Of a DNA stretch of 64,000 bases, positions 56,384 through 64,000 are shown piece after piece. Made by a program: the position numbers and the translations under genes. A model generated the notes under the pieces. That model did no database searches. It was given only the letters and a program-made list of their open reading frames with translations, and was not told where the DNA came from. Where the stretch lies: assembly GCA_902477075.1 (NCBI GenBank), contig CABSFU010000005.1, positions 6,263-70,262 of the forward strand, written 5' to 3'. Origin of the DNA: an uncultured Bacillales bacterium. Lineage in GTDB: Bacteria > Bacillota_I > Bacilli_A > RF39 > UBA660. How positions within the stretch are numbered: the first letter of the stretch is position 1; the number at the start of each line of letters is the position of its first letter.

Positions 56384-56564
56384 CATGTTATAATAGAAAC
56401 CGAATAAAGAGAGTTTTATAAAAAAGGAGAGATGTCATCAAAAATCAATAATTGGTTTTGCGAAGGGAGGTGGTAATCACTTCTTGTAGCAGTGACTCTC
56501 AAACTGCGAAGTGAGTAGTAAAATACTCGCTTTTCATATACAAAAAATAAATTAAAACAATAAA

Positions 56565-56597
56565 TGTTATAATTTTGTTAAAAAAATGTTAAAAAAG
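56565..56597 (+). promoter_or_regulatory. Three TGTTA motifs in exact 11-bp phase, abutting a promoter
   Basis: The repeat units are tgttataattt, tgttaaaaaaa and tgttaaaaaag (56565, 56576, 56587). They are followed by TTCACA-17 nt-TAAGAT. Confidence 0.5.
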
Positions 56598-56687
56598 GGT
56601 TCACAAACTCAAAAATCTATGATAAGATTATATACGTACTGAGAGAGGGATACGCCTTTAAACAGGGTTCGGTATCTACCCACTCAA

Positions 56688-56701
56688 GGCACCAGATTGA
56701 T
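56688..56701 (+). repeat. 14-nt direct repeat GGCACCAGATTGAT, copy 1
   Basis: Identical to 62818-62831. It lies between a hairpin and terminator-like hairpins (56705-56727 and 56741-56765). Confidence 0.8.
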
Positions 56702-56786
56702 AGGAAACTCGGACACATCCTGAGTTTAAGTAATAGATTACTAACTAGAAATAGTTAGTTTTTTTCTGCTTAAAACGAAAGGAAGA

Positions 56787-57068
56787 GTGATAATTATGTT
56801 TGAGATAGAAACTAAAGAACTAAAAATAAGTGATGAACTTAATAGAAAAATAGACATGATATGTAGATTTGCTTGTGTTAAATATGAATTTATACCAGGT
56901 AATATTAAATCAATTAAAAACACCAATATTGCCTATGTAAAGCCTCATATTTTAAAAGTTAAGGGAAATGACTACTTAATACTAGAAGAATGTGAAGAAG
57001 TCTTTATAAATAGCTATAATAGGAAAATAAGAATAAAAGATTTAGAAAACTATCTAAAAAATAACTAA
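56787..57068 (+). CDS. Hypothetical small protein upstream of recombinase 2
   Basis: 93-aa ORF (GTG 56787 or ATG 56796). No motif recognised. Confidence 0.45.
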   Translation: MIIMFEIETKELKISDELNRKIDMICRFACVKYEFIPGNIKSIKNTNIAYVKPHILKVKGNDYLILEECEEVFINSYNRKIRIKDLENYLKNN

Positions 57069-57155
57069 TACCTATTGATTTTGAAATTATTTGTGATATT
57101 ATAAATAATCAATAAATGACAAGCAGTATCCGTCTTTTATTAAAGGAGGTATACT

Positions 57156-57227
57156 ATGTCCAAATATATAATATACATAAAACAATTTAATGAAGTATCC
57201 AAAGAGGAGTCAAAGGTATTAGTTTAA
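57156..57227 (+). CDS. 23-aa leader ORF (MSKYIIYIKQFNEVSKEESKVLV)
   Basis: Strong RBS AAAGGAGG 6 nt upstream. Its 3' half forms the 5' arm of the following terminator hairpin. Confidence 0.4.
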   Translation: MSKYIIYIKQFNEVSKEESKVLV

Positions 57228-57253
57228 ACTAGTGCTTTTGTCTCCTCTTTTTT
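57202..57253 (+). terminator. Long hairpin plus T-run between the leader ORF and recombinase 2
   Basis: aagaggagtcaaag ... cttttgtctcctctt followed by TTTTT. It ends 22 nt before the ATG at 57275. Confidence 0.55.
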
Positions 57254-57274
57254 GATAGAAAGAGAGGAAAATAA

Positions 57275-59158
<1,884 letters not shown>

Positions 59159-59196
59159 ATAATATAAAACTAAGAATAATATTTAAGGAAGAAATT

Positions 59197-59677
59197 ATGG
59201 GAAAAAAATAAAAAATAATCAAAAATCAAAAGTAAGTTATATAGTTAATAGTGTATTTGATGAAAAATGGGAAAGATTATCAATGGAAGAAAAAACAAAA
59301 ATTTTTAATCAAAAAATGTTGAAATATATTATGAAAGAGGAAGTAAATTATAATTATGTATTGCCTAATTTAAAAATAGAAAATAACAATTATGAACAAA
59401 TAAATAAGTATGGTTATTTAAAATAGAATATATAAAGGAGCATAAAAGAACATTATATCACGAACTTTTAATAAATAATGATTTAACAAATTATCTTCTT
59501 TCGGTTGGTAAAGAATGTGAAAATAGATATATTATTATAATGGAAAATTATATAAAGAATGATAAAAAACTGACTGAAGAAAATAAAGAAATCAATCAAA
59601 TGGAATGGGTAAAATTAATGAATAATTATAAAAATAGTGCTGAAGAAATAGTATTAAAAGAATTAATTTATGTTTAA
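59197..59677 (+). pseudogene. TnpV-like gene interrupted by two single-A deletions
   Basis: ATG GGA AAA AAA TAA stops after 4 codons. The next frame reads KIKNNQKSKVSYIV...NYNYVLPNLKIENNNYEQINKYGYLK*. The third frame reads IEYIKEHKRTLYHELLINNDL...NQMEWVKLMNNYKNSAEEIVLKELIYV*, the TnpV C-terminal signature. Adding one A in each A-run restores a single ORF. Confidence 0.6.
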
Positions 59678-59697
59678 TTGTTGTCTTAGCCAGCCCT

Positions 59698-59722
59698 GAA
59701 TTTGTACTCCCAGAACAAATTC
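59698..59722 (+). repeat. Perfect 8-bp inverted repeat GAATTTGT-N9-ACAAATTC in a locally GC-rich patch
   Basis: Read directly from the sequence. It lies 21 nt downstream of the TnpV-like stop codon. Confidence 0.7.
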
Positions 59723-59853
59723 AATATGGAGTAAACCCCAAACCCTAAATTATGAATTTTATAAATAACAAAATGATAAATAATAAAAGTAATTAAATAG
59801 TTTTTATGGTAGAATATATATAAGAAAACAACGAATAGAAAGGATTTGATAAT

Positions 59854-60747
59854 TTGAAAAATAATTTAATAAAAACTGAAATTAATGTTATAGAAAATAA
59901 AATAGGAATAATGAGAATTGGTGATGTGGATTATATTTCACTTACTGATTTAGCTAAATATCAAAATCCAGAAGACCCATCAGGTGTAATTAGAAATTGG
60001 ATGTCTAACAAAAATTCCTTTGATTATTACGGACTATGGGAACAAATTAATAATGAAAATTTTAATTCCGTGGAATTTCACGTAATTAAAACAGAAGAAG
60101 CACCGTATAATAGATTTACTATGACCCCAAAGAGATGGAAAGATAAATTTAATGCTATAGGAATTATTCCAAGTGCTGGAAAATATAGTACAGGTACATT
60201 TGCACATCCTGATATAGCATTTGAATTTGCAAGTTGGTTAAGTCCAGAATTCAAATTGTACTTAATAAAAGAATTTGAAAGATTAAAGAAAAATGAAGCA
60301 TATCAAGAAAAGTTAGAATGGCACGCTAATAGAGTTTTATCAAAAGTTAATTATGTAGTTCATACGGATGCAATAAAAAATTATATAGTTCCTTCTTTAA
60401 CTGAAGAACAAAAAAGATTTGTTTATGCAGAAGAGGCAGATGTTTTAAATGTTGCACTTTTTGGTATGACTGCAAAAGAATGGAGAGAAAAAAATCCAGA
60501 ACTTTCAAAAAAAGGTAATATGAGAGATTATACAGATTTACTTCATCTAGTAATATTAAATAATCTTGAAAATTCAAATGCAGAGTTTATAAAATTAGGC
60601 ATGTCACAAAGAGATAGATTAATTAATTTAAATGATTCTGCAAGAAATCAAATGAATATATTAAAAAATAATAATGGTATTAAAGAATTAGAATTATTAC
60701 AAGAAAGAATAAATGAAAATAATAAAATATTGATAGAAAATAAATAA
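59854..60747 (+). CDS. KilA-N domain protein
   Basis: ISLTDLAKY...VIRNWMSNKNSFDYYGLWEQINN...GTFAHPDIAFEFASWLSPEFKLYLIKEFERLK is the KilA-N pattern. TTG start. Confidence 0.8.
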   Translation: MKNNLIKTEINVIENKIGIMRIGDVDYISLTDLAKYQNPEDPSGVIRNWMSNKNSFDYYGLWEQINNENFNSVEFHVIKTEEAPYNRFTMTPKRWKDKFNAIGIIPSAGKYSTGTFAHPDIAFEFASWLSPEFKLYLIKEFERLKKNEAYQEKLEWHANRVLSKVNYVVHTDAIKNYIVPSLTEEQKRFVYAEEADVLNVALFGMTAKEWREKNPELSKKGNMRDYTDLLHLVILNNLENSNAEFIKLGMSQRDRLINLNDSARNQMNILKNNNGIKELELLQERINENNKILIENK

Positions 60748-60806
60748 AGATGATGACATTGAATTGTATAATTGTGTTATAATTTAAATGGATAGGATTT
60801 GATAAT

Positions 60807-62711
60807 ATGGAAAAGATTGATAGTAAACAATTGATTAGATATTTAAAACAAAATTCTAATGATTTAGGAGTGCTTTTAAATATTTTTTCTAGTAATGATT
60901 ATAATGAAGCTTTAGAGCAAATTAATGTTGGTGCATTTATTTTTAATAATATTAATGATGAAAGCATAATAAAAAATTTATTATTAAATTCTGATGTTTT
61001 AAAAAAAATTAATAATAATTATTTGATTGATTTAATTTATGATTTCCAAAATAATGAGACAAAAATTGAAATATTAAGTAATAAAAACATTTTAAATAGA
61101 GTTAATATTAATGCATTAATAGAATTAGTTGAAAATATCCCTTTAGAATTGAAAATTCAACTATTAAATAACTTTGAAATATTAAAAAAACTTTGTTCTT
61201 TTAATATTACTGAAACTGCAAGAATTATAGATGAGTTATATATTCAAAATAATATAGAAATACCAAATATATTAAAAAAATATTATGAATATACAAAAAA
61301 ATCAAATAATTCAAATTCTGACATTATGAGAAAGTTAAATTATAATTTAGTTAAAAATATAATATTTGAAAATAATTTTGAAGAAAAATATAATAATATA
61401 GAAAAAATATTTCTTCAAGATGATATTCCTGAATTTGCAAAAATATTTTTAGTATTTAAATTTCTTAATCCTAATTTAGAATGTTTTGATAGAAATCGTC
61501 CACTTTTGAGTATAGAATATTTTTTTAAAGACAAATTAAATGAGGCACTAGCACCACAATTAAAAAATGATTATGTTAAAAAATATATAATTAAACATTT
61601 TAATAAAAACTTTGAAAATTTAGAAATTGAGAAACAAACAAAAATGATTAATGATGTTAAGTTTATGTTTATTTACAATGATATTGCAAGAATTTCTATT
61701 TCTTCAAATAATTCATCCCTTAGGTCTTATCTAAAAAAACTTGAAGAAGGAAATTCATTATATTTGAGTATTATAAAAGGTAATGTTCAGTATAATTCAC
61801 TTGATGAAAATGAACTTGAATTGTTAAATTCGTTTGAAAAAAGTTTAGAAAGATTAATGGGCTTTATTCAAAGAAGGAATGATGTTGAATTAAAGAATAA
61901 GAACATTGTTGAAAAAATAAAGATTATAGCAGATTATTTTCGTCCAACGAATAGATATTCCCTTTTAGATAGGATAGTTAGAAGTTTTTTCGGTCAATTA
62001 GGATATACTTCTTATGAGCAATTAATAAATGAAATGGATAAGATTGTTACTATAACTACCGAAAAAGGAGTAAGTAATGAAGAAAGTATTGGAGACAATG
62101 ATTTAAAACTAGAAAATAATGATTTTGTGAGGTTTATTGGTGATATAAATGTTTTTGTTAATTCTTTTGAAAATGGTAATTTTTCAAAAGAATATATGGG
62201 AATGATAAATGGAACTACAGATTTTGATTCAACACCAGGTGATATAGATTTTTTCAGAATAGACACAGAAGAAGATAGCTCTATACAACCTATTTCATTT
62301 TTTAAGAAATCTTTTACCTATGAATGGCCGGGTAATATATATATTGTAATTAGAAATAATAGCAATATAAACATAACTCGAAATGAAATGGATGAACTTT
62401 ATTGCGAATATGATTATAAAAAAATTGAAGCATTTCAAATTGGTTTCGATGGAATTAATCATTGGGGAATTAGAACAGGTATATCAATGACAGATGTTGA
62501 TTATATATTAATTGATACCGAAAAGAATCAAAATAATAATAGCGATATAGAAATAATAAAAAATACATTAGTAAAAAAAGGAATTTATATTCCGGTTTAT
62601 AACTTATATGGGAAAAAAGTTTTTTCCTATAAAGAGTTTATTTCATTGCAAAATAGTATTGATTTAGATGAAGAAAATAGTATTCTTCAAAATAATAATC
62701 GACATTTATAG
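60807..62711 (+). CDS. Orphan 634-aa protein (helical repeat-like N-terminal half, unknown C-terminal domain)
   Basis: Long uninterrupted ORF with its own promoter (TTGAAT...TATAAT). No catalytic motif recognised. Confidence 0.6.
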   Translation: MEKIDSKQLIRYLKQNSNDLGVLLNIFSSNDYNEALEQINVGAFIFNNINDESIIKNLLLNSDVLKKINNNYLIDLIYDFQNNETKIEILSNKNILNRVNINALIELVENIPLELKIQLLNNFEILKKLCSFNITETARIIDELYIQNNIEIPNILKKYYEYTKKSNNSNSDIMRKLNYNLVKNIIFENNFEEKYNNIEKIFLQDDIPEFAKIFLVFKFLNPNLECFDRNRPLLSIEYFFKDKLNEALAPQLKNDYVKKYIIKHFNKNFENLEIEKQTKMINDVKFMFIYNDIARISISSNNSSLRSYLKKLEEGNSLYLSIIKGNVQYNSLDENELELLNSFEKSLERLMGFIQRRNDVELKNKNIVEKIKIIADYFRPTNRYSLLDRIVRSFFGQLGYTSYEQLINEMDKIVTITTEKGVSNEESIGDNDLKLENNDFVRFIGDINVFVNSFENGNFSKEYMGMINGTTDFDSTPGDIDFFRIDTEEDSSIQPISFFKKSFTYEWPGNIYIVIRNNSNINITRNEMDELYCEYDYKKIEAFQIGFDGINHWGIRTGISMTDVDYILIDTEKNQNNNSDIEIIKNTLVKKGIYIPVYNLYGKKVFSYKEFISLQNSIDLDEENSILQNNNRHL

Positions 62712-62817
62712 AAAATTATTTTATTTATTAATCATTTATGGTAATATATTTTTAGTTAGTAAGTTTATTACTTACTATCATCTTTTAACCTAGGAGTTGT
62801 TAGACCTGCTCCTTACT

Positions 62818-62831
62818 GGCACCAGATTGAT
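62818..62831 (+). repeat. 14-nt direct repeat GGCACCAGATTGAT, copy 2
   Basis: Identical to 56688-56701. It is followed by the terminator actcgaact-ttttat-agttcgagt-TTT (62836-62862). Confidence 0.8.
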
Positions 62832-63068
62832 TGATACTCGAACTTTTTATAGTTCGAGTTTTAAAATACTTAATTTTATGCTAAATCTTTTATAGAATTA
62901 TATTTAGTTAAATAATTTATAAATCATTCATAGTCATGTGACATTTTAATATTTGTCAAGTAAAAATTTTTTGACATATTCATACATGATAAAAATACAT
63001 AAAATATTTAAAATTTAAAAAAATTCAAATATAATGTGTTATAATAGTAGCCATTGAGGTGATATCGT

Positions 63069-64000
63069 TTGGAAATAGAGTATATAAATAAGGGTGGATC
63101 TGGTCGCTATTCAAAAGAACCATTTGCTATTTACTTAAAAAATGACCAAATAGTCATAAAAATGTTTTTACATTATAAATTACACGGCTTAGATATTGTA
63201 CTAGTTAACCGTAAAAAATATAAACGTAAAAAGATAGATATCTCGAGCTATTTATATGAAGTAATTAAGTTTTTCCAAGAACATACCTGCATGGTCCCTT
63301 ATGGAAAAGAATACATAGATTTATTTGATAAAAGTTGTGTTAAAAGAATTCAATTAGAAAATTTAAAGATCGAAGATAAAGATATTAAAATGCTATTAAA
63401 TTTCAAAAATTTGCGCCGTTTACGAACAATAAAATGTACCTTCTATAAAAATTGTAATTTAGGACTGTTAAAATGTGACTTGATTGACGAAAATTCAGAT
63501 TTATATTCCCTAGATTCTTTAAATGGCTTTTCAGGGGATTGTATTAGTATGGAAAAAACTCATATAGTAAGAATGAATAAACATCTGTTGCATTTAAATA
63601 ACAAAGTATTAGAGCTTTCTGAAGTTAGTATGAATTATGAATTATTTTTATTAACTACTGATGCACCTAATATGAGAAGATTAAATATTTATTGCTTTGA
63701 TAAATTAAAAAATAGTGATTTATTATTTATATCTGGTTTTTATAATTTAGAGGGAATAGACATTATTGGGGTAGTGGATAACTATGATCAATTTGATAAA
63801 TTAGAAAAATTAAGAAAATTAAAATATGTAGTATTATCAAATATAAGTGATGATAGAAAAAATTATTCTTATGAATTAGGAGAAAAATTAACAGATGAAG
63901 AATTAGCTAATATTTTATGTGGCTTAAGACTACATGCTCAAAATAAACATTATCAATTTAGACATGAATTATATGTTCCTAGATTGGAAAGGGTTAAATT
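63069..64000 (+). CDS. Leucine-rich-repeat-like protein (partial, runs off the window end)
   Basis: Absent from the ORF track because it is open-ended. TTG start 6 nt after GAGGTGA. Repeated L-x-x-L-x-L/N patterns (LENLKIEDKDIKMLLNFKNLRRLRTI...). Confidence 0.5.
   Translation, partial: MEIEYINKGGSGRYSKEPFAIYLKNDQIVIKMFLHYKLHGLDIVLVNRKKYKRKKIDISSYLYEVIKFFQEHTCMVPYGKEYIDLFDKSCVKRIQLENLKIEDKDIKMLLNFKNLRRLRTIKCTFYKNCNLGLLKCDLIDENSDLYSLDSLNGFSGDCISMEKTHIVRMNKHLLHLNNKVLELSEVSMNYELFLLTTDAPNMRRLNIYCFDKLKNSDLLFISGFYNLEGIDIIGVVDNYDQFDKLEKLRKLKYVVLSNISDDRKNYSYELGEKLTDEELANILCGLRLHAQNKHYQFRHELYVPRLERVK

Overview
The window is a visibly AT-rich chromosome segment of low-GC Bacillota type. It uses the standard genetic code: TGA acts as a stop codon and sits in ATGA/TTGA start-stop overlaps. 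There are three blocks.

(1) 1-16.3 kb holds housekeeping genes. These are recU, a radical-SAM-like gene, rnhB, a DHH phosphoesterase, an MBL hydrolase, a thioredoxin-like protein and yebC. They are followed by a pilin-like gene with a G10 tract upstream, mutL, tRNA-Glu and tRNA-Asn, tex, an M29 aminopeptidase and a degenerate NodB-like protein. The block ends in ssrA (tmRNA).

(2) About 16.3-56.4 kb is a siphovirus-type prophage with an HK97-like head and an HNH/P27-terminase packaging module. It starts directly after the ssrA terminator and is almost entirely on the + strand. In order it carries:
- a large serine recombinase;
- an ArpU-like regulator, an SNF2 helicase and a C5 methyltransferase;
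- a primase-helicase with an iteron-type origin, then a VRR-NUC nuclease;
- an amidoligase plus GGCT pair;
- HNH, a ParB-methyltransferase fusion, terS/terL, and complete head and tail modules, including a -1 frameshifted tail chaperone;
- four tandem tail-collar paralogues;
- holin and a GH25/CW_7/LysM endolysin.

Two cargo (moron) arrays, 23.3-25.2 kb and 54.3-56.35 kb, share an identical 26-nt leader. They also share a 12-mer (AAATTACAATTT) that recurs at every gene junction. I rate this the most unusual signal in the window.

(3) About 56.5-62.8 kb is a second module with another large serine recombinase. It also carries a frameshifted TnpV-like gene, a KilA-N protein and a 634-aa orphan protein. 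The module is bracketed by two paralogous sRNA-like units that share a 14-nt core. A partial LRR-like gene follows.

I found no CRISPR array, rRNA gene or recognisable known defence system. All homology calls come from motif recognition by eye and have not been checked against databases.
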